DNA of 63,779 nucleotides from the NCBI GenBank assembly GCA_044892525.1, contig CM097885.1:73656222-73720000 (forward strand). The letters are read 5' to 3'. Of the stretch, positions 53,368 to 63,779 are shown piece after piece (within the stretch, counting starts at the first letter, position 1; each line of letters begins with the position of its first letter). The position numbers and the translations under genes are program-made. The DNA is from Schmidtea polychroa. Its lineage: Eukaryota. The notes under the pieces are model-generated. The model made no database searches, had not been told where the DNA came from, and was given only the letters and a program-made list of their open reading frames with translations.

Positions 53368-54192
53368 TTAAACCAATGAGGACATTGTGTATTGTCCTGG
53401 CCTATACTTATCCAAATGAAAATGCCCTGGTACATTTTTGACCAGTCGGTGCCGATACCGCTGCCTTTTCCATTTGTATTTTTTATACACTTGAACACTG
53501 GTGATAATAGCTAAAATACTCAATGCTAAAATGCTTGATGAAATTACATAGAAAGGCCATCGTGGTTTAGCAGGTTTTACTTGAAATGCTCTTAGTTCAT
53601 CCCAGTTATTTATGATTATGGGTTTTCCCGTAGGTAATTTTATCAGTTTCCTATCAAACTGTCTTAGATTTTTTATTATTAATTTTTTATATACTTGTCT
53701 AGTTACTTTAAATGTCGTTTCTCTGTCTGTGTTTGTTATCGTTTGTAATGACTGTTGGGTGGATGCCGAATTTGTGGTAGTTATTGTTATGGTGGTTGTT
53801 GGCATGCTATTATCTATGGGCTTATATATGTTTGTGATAGTGGTTCTTATTCTTTTGCACCTTACTTGTGATGTGTCAACTAAGGTGTTCCATTGTGCAC
53901 AAAGTGTGTAATTAGTGTTAGGCTGTAGATTTATGAATTCAACATTGTCTCCTCTTTCAAATTCATTAGTTGATCTATTCTCAATTTTTTTCATAAGCTT
54001 GGGTATATCGTCCCCAGTTTCTAGATATAAGTCTCTTATGGGTGATTTATTCAAGTTATATACTTTAATTTTATACGGTGAAATGTTGATTAAAATATCT
54101 TCCTCCATGTATTTTACTGAGTGTATGCTCTCATTTTCTACTTCAGTTGATTTACATAGCCCTATAATTGTTAAAAAGATCGATCGCTGCCA
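53368..54192 (-). CDS. Accessory ORF3: type-I membrane protein (FN3-like domain, Thr-rich stalk, TM, basic tail)
   Basis: NLQPNTNYTLC (FN3 LxPxTxY), PTTTITITTTNSAST, TM WPFYVISSSILALSILAIITSVQVY, then KKYKWKRQR. ATG at 54108, but the frame is open to 54192 with signal-like RSIFLTIIGLCKS. Confidence 0.7.
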   Translation of the reverse strand, partial: WQRSIFLTIIGLCKSTEVENESIHSVKYMEEDILINISPYKIKVYNLNKSPIRDLYLETGDDIPKLMKKIENRSTNEFERGDNVEFINLQPNTNYTLCAQWNTLVDTSQVRCKRIRTTITNIYKPIDNSMPTTTITITTTNSASTQQSLQTITNTDRETTFKVTRQVYKKLIIKNLRQFDRKLIKLPTGKPIIINNWDELRAFQVKPAKPRWPFYVISSSILALSILAIITSVQVYKKYKWKRQRYRHRLVKNVPGHFHLDKYRPGQYTMSSLV

Positions 54193-57100
54193 TCATCAGT
54201 GCTTTTTGTGATCGTAATCCATATTTGTGAGGTGGTTTTTCTATTAACTCTGTTTCTGATAGTTTGCATCTATTAACATGTACTATTATCGGATCCTCAT
54301 TTTTATGTTTTTGTAAATGCAGGTTTTCATGTACTACTTTTACTACTTCGTATGGTCCTTTAAATGGTCTTGCTAATTTAGTTGTTTTGCCTTTACCTAC
54401 CTGTGGAGACATAAGTCTAACCTTATCTCCCACTTTAAAATTATGAGGTTTGCTATTTTTATCATAATCTGCTTTATATTGTTCTTGTCTGAATTTAACT
54501 TTTAAATTTGCAACCTTATATACCTCTTGTAATCTCTCTTGCATTAATGTTACATTATCTGGCGCATCTAAATATTGTGATACTCGAGGCTCAAAAATTG
54601 TATCAATCGGTGTCGCAGGCTCTCTTAAGAACATTAGAAAATATGGTGAATATCCCGTTGTCTCATTTGGTGTGATATTATGGATGTATGTGCATTGATT
54701 AACGTATTCATCCCAATCATTTTGGTTTTTTCCCACAAACACAGCTAATCTACTTAGCAATGTCCCATTGAATCTCTCTACTAAACCATCGGTCTGAGGG
54801 TGGTATGCTGTTGTGTTGATTTTATGCATGTTAAATATGTTAGCTACTCTTTTTATAGTTTCACTCATGAAATTTTTCCCTTTATCTGTTAATAATTTTC
54901 TCGGTGTACCGATTTTAAAGATTATTTTTTCCACAAGTAATTTAGCTACTGTTTCTGCTGTTTCATCTTTTGTAGGAAATGCCTCTGCCCATTTTGTAAA
55001 ATAATCGCTAAAAACTAGTATGTGCTTATTCCCATTAATTGTTGTGGGTAGTTTACACAAAAAATCCATTGCGCACAGTTCCATTGGTGATGTTGTAGCT
55101 GGGATTGGATGTAAAGGTGCTTTAGTTTTTGTTCCTGTATTTTTTCTAGTTGCGCATATTGTGCATGCATTACACCATCTCTTGACATCCTTTTTCAAAT
55201 CGTCCCAATAATATTTTTGCATCAATCTGCTTGCTGTTTTCCTACTTGATAAATGACCTCCTAGAGCACCATCGTGATATTGTAATAGAAGAATTTGTCT
55301 TAATCTTTGTGGTACTACTATTAATTGTTTACCGCTAAAATCCTCAATAACAATTAACTTCTTACAGATTTTATACTTTTGGTTAGTTCCCTTTTTTATT
55401 TCTTCTCTTATCTTGAAGAGTTCTGGATCTTTCATTTGTTCCTCATATATTTCTATTGGTTTTTCAGTTACTAATGCAAAAACTTCTAGTGCTCCTAACT
55501 CTGGAATTCGTGATAATGCATCTGCATTCCTGTTTATTCTACCTGGTTTGTATGCAATCTTTATGTGCATGTCTTGTATTTTCATTGCCCATTTTAACAG
55601 TCTACTGGATGTATCTTTATGTTTCCATAACCCTTCTAATGGCTTATGGTCTGTTCTAATTACTACTTCAGTTCCATATATGTATGGTTTAAATTGTTTT
55701 AATGCAAAAACTATAGCATAACATTCTTTCTCAATTGTTTAGTACCTAATCTGTGCTCCTTTTAATGTTTTGCTTGCATAAGCTATTACATAATCTTTAC
55801 CCTTTTCCTCTTCTTGTCCTAAGACTGCCCCTACGGCCTTCCCACTGGCGTCTGTCATGACAATGAACTGTTTTTTAAAGTCTGGGTATCTTAGTATCGG
55901 TGCTGTTATTAATTTTTCTTTTAGTTGATCAACAGCTTTTTGGTGTTCATCTTTCCATTTCTTTTGTGGCTTGTTAATTTTATCGTTAATCTCTTGTACT
56001 ATTAACACTCCTTTACTCTCTCCCTTTGTTTTGACTCCTTTTGTTAACTCAATTAGTGGTGCTGCTATATTTGCATAATCTTGTATGAATTTACGATAAT
56101 ATCCTGTGAGACCTAAAAATCCCTGTACTTGTTGTAATGTTTTTGGAACTGGGAATTTTTTAACTACTTCAATTTTATCGGGATTAGGTATTATACCATC
56201 TACTGTAACTATATGTCCTAAGAATAATGCTGAAGGTTCTGCCCATTTACACTTAGTGGGTTTTATTTTGATTTTTGCTTTTCTTAATCTTTCTAGTACG
56301 TTAGCTATATCTTTTAGATGTTCCTCAAATGTTTTTGATGAAATTAATATATCATCCATATATACTGCGCAATGTTGTACGTCTACTAATACTGTATTCA
56401 TTAAACGTTGAAATGTTGCTGGCGCATTAGTTAACCCAAAAGGTAATCTTGTATATTCATATAAACCGTCTTCTATCACAAAAGCTGTCTTTTCCGCATC
56501 CCCTTCTTCCATTTGAATTTGCATGTAGCCTTTATTTGCATCTATTACTGTGAAATATTTAGTATCACTAAGTTTATCATATTGTTCTTGTGCTTTTGGG
56601 AATGGGTATGAGTCTTTTACTGTTACATCATTTAATTTACGATAATCAATGCACATTCGAATTTCCCCGTCTTTCTTTCTAACTGGTACGATAGGTGATG
56701 CCCATTGTGAAAAACTTTGTTTTATTACGCCTGCCTCTTTTAATTCTTTAATTTGTCGTTTTATTTCCTCCCTCAGTTTATATGGTACACTATAGGGTCT
56801 CTGTTTTATTGGTCTAGCATTCCCTGTATCGATTACATGTTTGATAATGTCAGTATCTCCTAAATCAAATTCGTGTTTTGCAAAAACATCACTGTATTCG
56901 TCAAGTAATATTTGTAGTTGTAGTTGTTGTGTTTCATTTAGATAATTATTATTTATTTTAATTTTATCATAAAATTTGATATTATTCGCTCTACTCTGTT
57001 CGACCATTCTTTCACTGACATCCTTCGTCATCGACATCTCACATACTTCAAATGTTTGTTCTAATTCACCTTTGAACAACTTTCCCAATTTTGTACCTTT

Positions 57101-60100
57101 ATGAATTTTTACTTTATTTCTTTCGTAATTCGCGATTCTTATTGGAATTATCCCATTATTTGGAATTACACACTCGTCTGTTAACATTACATTATGATTT
57201 CGTGATATTGCCGTTTCAGGCTCAAAAATGAAAGTGTCCTCACTTTTAACATTAACTTTTACTGGAATTATATGATCACTTTGATACTCTAGTTCAAATG
57301 TCTCTAATGCAATTACCTCAGTAAATCTTGCGTCTTGATATATTGCCTTCCGTTTGACTGTACTATCCGTTAAATCGATTACACAGTTTTTTAACTTTTT
57401 GAGTATGTCCATCCCAAGGACACATACGCATTTACATTCTGCTACTACCTTGAAGACATGTTCAACCACTTGATCCGAAAAGTGGACTGTTAATTCGATA
57501 TCTCCTTTTAATGGTATGTAATGTGATGATAATGAAATTACTCTATCTCTTGTGCTCACGATATTTTTCTTTTGGTTTCCGGTTAACTGATCTTCACGAA
57601 TCATAGAAGCTGCTGCTCCTGTGTCACATAATGCCTTTATTATCGTATCATTTATCACTATTTGTAATTTAGGCCTTGCTTCATTTAACCCTTCTAATAT
57701 ATCGTCAAGTTCTAACCCGTAACATCCATAAGTTTTCCTTGGAACACAATGACAATTACCATTTTCACCTGGGATTCTAATTTCAATATTATTTCTTAAT
57801 TCTGTCAATTGTTCTCTTTGATTATCATATAACCCAATATGTGGTTGATCAATATTTTCTGATTTGTTTGCCTCGTCATCTTTCTCGTTGGTGATCATTA
57901 TTTCACCCTCTTCCCTTCGACTTTTCATCCGTTTGATTTCCTTATCGTGCCTCGCAGTGATCAAATATTTGGCTATAAATGGACATAAACATGCTATCAT
58001 TTTATATGAATTACCAAAAACTTGTCTCAGTTGTCTTAACGAAACTAATGATGAGCAAATCATTTTCAATAGTGCTAATGTATAATATATACCCAATATA
58101 GTGGAAAACGTATTTCCGAGAATCGCAAAATATCCCCATATGCTGTATAATACTCTATACACAACTTTCTTGAAGTGCTCTTTTGATAATAATACGTCAA
58201 AGTTGTAATTTCCTCCATAACTATTTTCGATGATTTTGTTTACCATGATAGAAAGAACTTTTTCTTTTTCATGAGGAAATAACATATGTTTTCTGGCGCT
58301 CTCTATCGCCTCTCTCGTATACATCCCATTGTTATCCATTTCGTTGACTTCCTGAAATTCTAACTTTTTCTCAAGTTCAGTTAGTTCTAGTTTTTGTGGT
58401 TTAGTCGCTTCTTTTCTATCTGACATTGTAATCCACATATCATCATTTATTTTGTATAATGGATCTAATAGATTAGTACATTTATCAATTTTTCTCGGAA
58501 CATAGTCTTTATCTGTTAATATCCTTGTTATTGGTTGGAGGTATACAGTTTCTCCTTTATACACTACTGGCAATTCGTTTGTGCACTTATTATTCGTTGC
58601 TAACGATACGCTAACCGGTTTACACTGAAATGTTTGTATTACTTCACCGACAACTCTTGCAAATGTCCCTTTTTCTGCAAATAAAATTGGTGCCATTAAA
58701 TCTGGGTTTGTGACTGCAACCGCCATCTTTGTCCTTAATATTTCTCTATTAAGTTTACAATCGTTTGCGATAGTTGCTTGGTACACCTTGTCCAATTGTA
58801 CTAACTGATGATGATAGAAATAGTCAATTTTATTATTAAAATATGATGCTAGCTTGACGTCGAATTTATCTATTCTCGATTTTGCCTCTTTAATTTCACT
58901 TCCGCTGATATAAATTCCCTCATAATTTGTTTGTACGACTGCCTTGCCGCATTTTATACTTTCACCTTTTCCCACAAATCTCATCGCTTCTGTCTCAGAA
59001 TCTGACATGTATATTGTTGGGGTATCTCTCTCTTGAATTATCGTAGCTCGTCGCTTTTGATCTTTGATGTTCTTGGATTCTACATCCGTAAACTGTTTAC
59101 CTCGTATCGTTCTGAATTTCAGTGTCTTTAGTTTAGTTAGATGGCATTCGTATTTATTCACTCTGTATATGATCATTGACTCGCCTGTATCACAGCTTGT
59201 CTCATCTAATGTGCAGAACTTATGTGTCATCATTTTCTTTGATGCACTATCAAATGACGCTTTGAATTTCCTTAATTCAATGTAATACTGCCGTCTCACT
59301 ACAATATTGTCTGCCACATGCCCCCATATTTTATACCTTCCTCCTTCACAATATCCTCCTGTTGATGACCATCCCACGACATTTACTAATTGTCTTACTC
59401 GTGCTCCTACTTGAGCATCTAACTCAAATCCATCCGGCGTTTTTATCTTTTTTGTTTTAAATGCATTTTCGCATTCAACTGGCGTTATTATTATTGCTTC
59501 TGGTGCCCATGTTGGAGTTAATATTGTTCTCGCTATTTTATTACATACAAAACTTTCCTCTGAATATTTAACGATACATTCTCCTGCCTCAGTGTGAATG
59601 AAATCAGATTCCTGATATATATGGAAAATCTTGGGATCTGCTACAATTAATTTTGTTGGATTAGCCTCTGGGCAATTTTCTACATCTAGCAATGAATATT
59701 TTTGTCCCCACTTGGGATTCTGACAATCATACGCTATGATCGCATTATTCCCTTTTATCAGATCTAATAACAATGTTATTACTATAATTACTATTGACAT
59801 TGTCGACTTTCTTTCTTTTTGACTTGGTTTCATAGTTGTTTTATTTACTAGATTTTTTACTGTTTCCTCCGTATCATCTATTTCTACGTTAATATTATCT
59901 TCTACGCTTTTTTGAGCACTTTCGATTAGACTCTCATCATACAGTATTTTCCATCCTCCCTTTAATTTTATCCATGGCATAGCATCTATCTTTAGTTTAT
60001 TATATATCATTTTAGCGATATTTTCTATTTGATTCTTTGGATTCAATCGCAAAAGTTTCTTGTATCTTGCTATTAAATATGCCATTGCCGTAATCACTTT

Positions 60101-60334
60101 ATCTCGATTAACTCCTGTTGTAAATAATATCTTTAACACTGTCTCTTCATTTGCTTCCTCTGCACTCAATTCTCTAATCTCTTTTTCCATTAATTTAATC
60201 TTTTTAACTATATTTTCTATTAACGCTGATGGTTTTGCTTCCGGAAATCGTCTCATATTCATTGCTTTAACTAACTCTGTTATCATTTTTATATCCTTGT
60301 CATTATCCTGATTTTTTGGGACTTCCTGTCTCAT
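54152..60334 (-). CDS. env-pol: Env-Pol polyprotein: helical leader, signal peptide, chuvirus-like fusion protein, TM, protease, RT, RNase H, integrase (one in-frame TAA at 55739-55741)
   Basis: Signal peptide 59800-59750; AYDC 59734-59723; TM ~58140-58050; protease LCDTGA ~57626; RT SQWASPIVPVRKKDG..RMCIDYR, LPFGL, YMDD 56362-56351; RNase H TDASG..YASKTL..Y*TIEKEC..TDHKPL; integrase HHCC, MDF/TDKG/ERFN, GPY motif. Confidence 0.93.
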
Positions 60335-60374
60335 ATTATTTGCAATATCTCTTAAACGCTCTGCTGCCTTTCTG

Positions 60375-62453
60375 TCATCTGACTTTTCGAGGCCTTCCTC
60401 TACTTCGTCTCATCGTCTCTGCGTCCTGCATATTTGCTTGTTTCGCAATTTTTTCTATTGTCTCATGTAAATTATCATATTTAGTCTCAATAGGTTTAAA
60501 GATTTCATCGCTAACTGTTGGTGACCTCATTGCTCCTCCTGAAGAAGCATCCCATAATCTAAATAATTTGTCATAGTCATTTTCGTCGTTTATACCCAAT
60601 TCTACTGATGGAATTGATGCATCCATTTCATTATTTTCTTGCCTTTCTATTACGGCAGTAATAATATTATTATCGATAACGTTTACCCCGTAGTCGATTA
60701 TATATTCGTTATTCATCATTTCTACACCGTTAAAATACAGTTTTACTTTATCATTATCTCCCAATTTCTCGGGCCAATTAGCTCTGGCCATCTGTTTCAC
60801 TTTATTCACTTTTGTGCAAACATGTACCCCTGTACTACGCATAAGTATTCTTGAAAGGTCTTTTGCCTCAATAGTTATATTCAATGACTCATGTAATTTC
60901 TGATTTTTTCTCACAAACTCACCATAACATTTTATCATTTCTTTCAATTCTATTTCTAGTTCAAATACTCTTGTCATATTTTGTCTCTTTACCATTATTG
61001 GTATCAAATTTCTCAAATATTCTAAGTCAATTCCTTCGACTTGAACTCTATTTATTATACGCAATGTCTCATTATCATCATAAGGCCATTTCTCTAATGT
61101 CTCTTTCAATTCCTCTTTTAATTCTTTACATCTATTTGCTTCTGCAAGAAATATCTCATCCGCTTCTCTTGCTTCACGAAACTCATCATTATCTATATCT
61201 ACATCATTAGTAAAACACTGAAACTCATTTAATGACATTTCTAACTTTCTCTCAATAAGTCTCCCATATTGAGTTTTAAATTCTTTTAATTCCTCTCTCA
61301 AACTGTTTATTTCATCATTAGCTGATATCAACTCAGCACTATTAATCTGTTTTATCTCAGGCTCATTTTTAAATCTCACTCTATTAGGCGATTCGCTTCG
61401 CGCATTATTACATACTTTAGCTAAGTGACCATATTTTTGGCAATTATAACATTTGATTTGTCCATTAAAATTTACTTTATCTCTACCATCATTATTATAA
61501 GGGCTTCCTCCCCTTTCTCTATATGAATTCTGTCTATATGGACTTGTCTGTCTACGTCTCAAATCATTTGTATTATCTCCATTATCATATCTATTACTTC
61601 TATCATATTTATTATTTCTCAAATTATTTCTACTAAAATCGACTCGATTATCTCTCGTATAATTAGTTCTATTGTATTCATATCGATTATCTCTATCAAA
61701 AGTGTTTCTATTGTTTCTATTCTCAAAGTTTCTGTTTCTCGCATTATCAAACCTCCTCCTGTTTTCAGGCGATTGACTTCTATCAGGACTCGGGCTTACC
61801 CTTCGTCTATTTTTTACAAAGTTTAAATATAGTTGTTTCATCTCCTCCCAGGGGATGTTGTCATCTGACTTACCCAACTCAGATTTTACCTCTATGGGTT
61901 TTTGGATTTCCATTGCATCTACATGTGAACTAAATCTATCTCGTTGTATTGCTTCTATACGCTTAGCTTTATGAACTAATTCATTTAAATTACCATATTC
62001 TACCATAATTAGCGCTTTATATAAATATTTTTGTATACCATTCCAAAACTGATCCTCAATTAATTTTGCTGTGTGCTCACCTGCACCAAATGCCTTTTTC
62101 GCTAACTCCGTAATTGTATATACATATTCACCAACTGATTCTCTAGTACCTTGATATCTGTTTCTAAATTTTTGAACATTTATCTTTTGTAAATCGCTAT
62201 CGATTACTATTTCTGCCCTCAGATATCTTACGAGTTGATCAAAATTATTTCCTTTACACTCTAAGTTATTGTATGCCTGTAACGCATAACCTTTTAAATA
62301 TAATGGGATTCTCATTTTTAACTCATCAGGTGTCCAACCACAAGCTTCTGCATACTGAGCGATCTCAGTGAAAAAATCGTCGAACTTTTCAGGCTCTCCT
62401 CTATATGGTTCTACTGGTAAAATTTTTATGTAATTATTATTATTATTATTCAT
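60375..62453 (-). CDS. gag: Gag (capsid, R/N/D/S-rich region, CCHC zinc knuckle, coiled coil, ubiquitin-like domain), 692 aa
   Basis: LKMRIPLYLKGYALQAY..RYQGTRESVGEY (retrotransposon capsid); CYNCQKYGHLAKVC; long C-terminal extension. Confidence 0.92.
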   Translation of the reverse strand: MNNNNNNYIKILPVEPYRGEPEKFDDFFTEIAQYAEACGWTPDELKMRIPLYLKGYALQAYNNLECKGNNFDQLVRYLRAEIVIDSDLQKINVQKFRNRYQGTRESVGEYVYTITELAKKAFGAGEHTAKLIEDQFWNGIQKYLYKALIMVEYGNLNELVHKAKRIEAIQRDRFSSHVDAMEIQKPIEVKSELGKSDDNIPWEEMKQLYLNFVKNRRRVSPSPDRSQSPENRRRFDNARNRNFENRNNRNTFDRDNRYEYNRTNYTRDNRVDFSRNNLRNNKYDRSNRYDNGDNTNDLRRRQTSPYRQNSYRERGGSPYNNDGRDKVNFNGQIKCYNCQKYGHLAKVCNNARSESPNRVRFKNEPEIKQINSAELISANDEINSLREELKEFKTQYGRLIERKLEMSLNEFQCFTNDVDIDNDEFREAREADEIFLAEANRCKELKEELKETLEKWPYDDNETLRIINRVQVEGIDLEYLRNLIPIMVKRQNMTRVFELEIELKEMIKCYGEFVRKNQKLHESLNITIEAKDLSRILMRSTGVHVCTKVNKVKQMARANWPEKLGDNDKVKLYFNGVEMMNNEYIIDYGVNVIDNNIITAVIERQENNEMDASIPSVELGINDENDYDKLFRLWDASSGGAMRSPTVSDEIFKPIETKYDNLHETIEKIAKQANMQDAETMRRSRGRPRKVR

Positions 62454-62678
62454 CCTATAGACTATTCTATTTCTGAGATTATAAACTATTTCGGATTGAT
62501 TATCTATTTTATCTTTTTTTTGAATTATTTAATAATTTTCAAAACTGAATTTATTTATTTAAAAATTGGTCAATGATATTGTTTTTTTATAAATATATTT
62601 TCCCAATATAAAATACTATACCCTCTGATCTCAATTCCTATCCCCCCAAATTGTGAATAACAATAATTGATTTTAAAG

Positions 62679-62696
62679 TCCCGGTTCGCGGCACCA
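62679..62696 (-). promoter_or_regulatory. Primer-binding site (tRNA-Phe- or tRNA-His-like)
   Basis: TGGTGCCGCGAACCGGGA, 2 nt inside the 5' LTR end CA. Confidence 0.85.
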
Positions 62697-62698
62697 AA

Positions 62699-63779
62699 TG
62701 TTGAGGTCTCGATATTCGGGAACACTCAACTTACTGGTTCTTATATATGTACAAATATATCAAAAGACAAAGTGATTTATAAAACTTTTATTATAAAGAA
62801 AAATTTACCAATATGAATTTGTTGCTAGATTACAAAAATCCAAAAATCCTTCAAATATCCAACCGAATATGCTTGTATGTACTGTGTGAATGTTATGTAT
62901 TCTCTTGCTGTGTTGCGTGTAGGCTTTTGAACGTTTCTGTTTGTCTGTTCGAGTTTTAGCACTAATAAGGATTAACCTTTTTAGTATGTTAACGCGGTTA
63001 AAATTTTGGGGCGAAGAAAATGAATTTTACCTCGCTATTTATATTATTTTTGTATATGAAATTAAATTGATATATTTTTTAAGTATACTTATATTTTAAA
63101 GTATTAATTAAAAATTAATCAAAGTGTTGATTATAGAAATTATATATGTTTTAATTTTAATTATTAAAATGTCTAAGCATATGTTTTATAATTTTATTTA
63201 TTTTGTTCAAGTGTTAATTATAGAAATATCTTTAATTTTAATTATTAAAATATCTAAGCTTATGTTTTATAATTTTATTTATTTTGTTCAAGTGTTAATT
63301 ATAGAAATATCTAAGCATATGTTTTGTAATATTCTAAGATTAATTATTTTGAAATATCCACTTATATTCTAATGTTAATTACTTATATTCTTATTATTCT
63401 AGAAACATATGTTTTATGATTTTCAATATTATTTATTTTGTAATTCTAACTGATATTAATTAAGATTATTTAATTAGTCCCCATAATATGTTTTATTTAC
63501 ATGAAATAAATAAGATACAATAATAATTGTCATAATAATAATCCACACACAATAATAATAATCCATTCCACAACACAATAATAATTGTCAAAATAATAAT
63601 TCAAAAATAAATAAGATATACAATAATAATTGTCCAAATCATGAATCAATGTGCATAGTTAATAATCAAATGATAATCGTCATTGTTTTGACTTTGGTTA
63701 TCTGGGTTCTACGTAGATGTTGACCCTGAACTTGTTGCTGCCCGTTCTGTAGTAGTGTGTTAGTTCAAATTCCTCAATT
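62699..63779 (-). repeat. 5' LTR (truncated by the window; predicted to end near 63801)
   Basis: Matches 50344-51424 with no differences noticed. Confidence 0.95.

Larger units (their letters stand above)
50344..63779 (-). mobile_element. Large env-bearing Ty3/Gypsy-type LTR retrotransposon (5' LTR runs off the window)
   Basis: Direct repeats start at 50344 and 62699 (constant offset 12355; no differences seen over 1081 bp). PBS 62679-62696, gag, glycoprotein-PR-RT-RH-IN, three 3' ORFs, putative PPT. Confidence 0.97.

Noticed and set aside
57050-57340. dUTPase-like beta-rich spacer between protease and RT (..IPIRIANYERNKVKIHKGTKLGKL)
   Set aside because: A common linker in many Gypsy elements, with no dUTPase catalytic motifs; not novel.
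60378-60400. AT-hook-like RGRPRK at the Gag C-terminus
   Set aside because: It lies in the short dual-frame overlap and may be a by-product of the other frame; cannot be supported independently.
62679-62696. tRNA-like sequence ending in ACCA
   Set aside because: Only an 18-nt 3' end next to the LTR, so it is the PBS rather than a tRNA gene.

Overview
AT-rich animal genomic DNA with many ~42-56 nt introns, long TE-filled introns and four N-gaps. The species cannot be determined; the style suggests a compact invertebrate genome. Host genes: a 5'-truncated plasma-membrane Ca2+-ATPase (PMCA, +, 22-9606), EDC4/Ge-1 (-, 14155-21501), a smoothelin-like CH-domain gene missed by the ORF track (-, ~29175-37661) and a BAZ1-family chromatin factor closest to WSTF/BAZ1B (-, 43491-48823). 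Transposons are frequent: hAT, pogo/Tigger, mariner and piggyBac MITEs with clear TSDs, an intact Tigger, a decayed Mag-like LTR element, and Polinton-like PolB and integrase relics. The standout is a young ~13.4 kb Ty3/Gypsy-type LTR element (-, 50344 to past the window end) organised like a complex enveloped virus. Gag carries a C-terminal ubiquitin-like domain. A chuvirus-like fusion glycoprotein lies upstream of, and in frame with, PR-RT-RH-IN instead of in the usual 3' env position. Three accessory ORFs follow: an FN3/mucin/TM membrane protein, a probably inactive REX4/ISG20-like DEDDh exonuclease, and an acidic ORF running through the putative PPT into U3. A decayed relative of the accessory cassette at ~10986-12030 indicates it is a family trait. 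All family assignments are from motif recognition by eye, not database searches.
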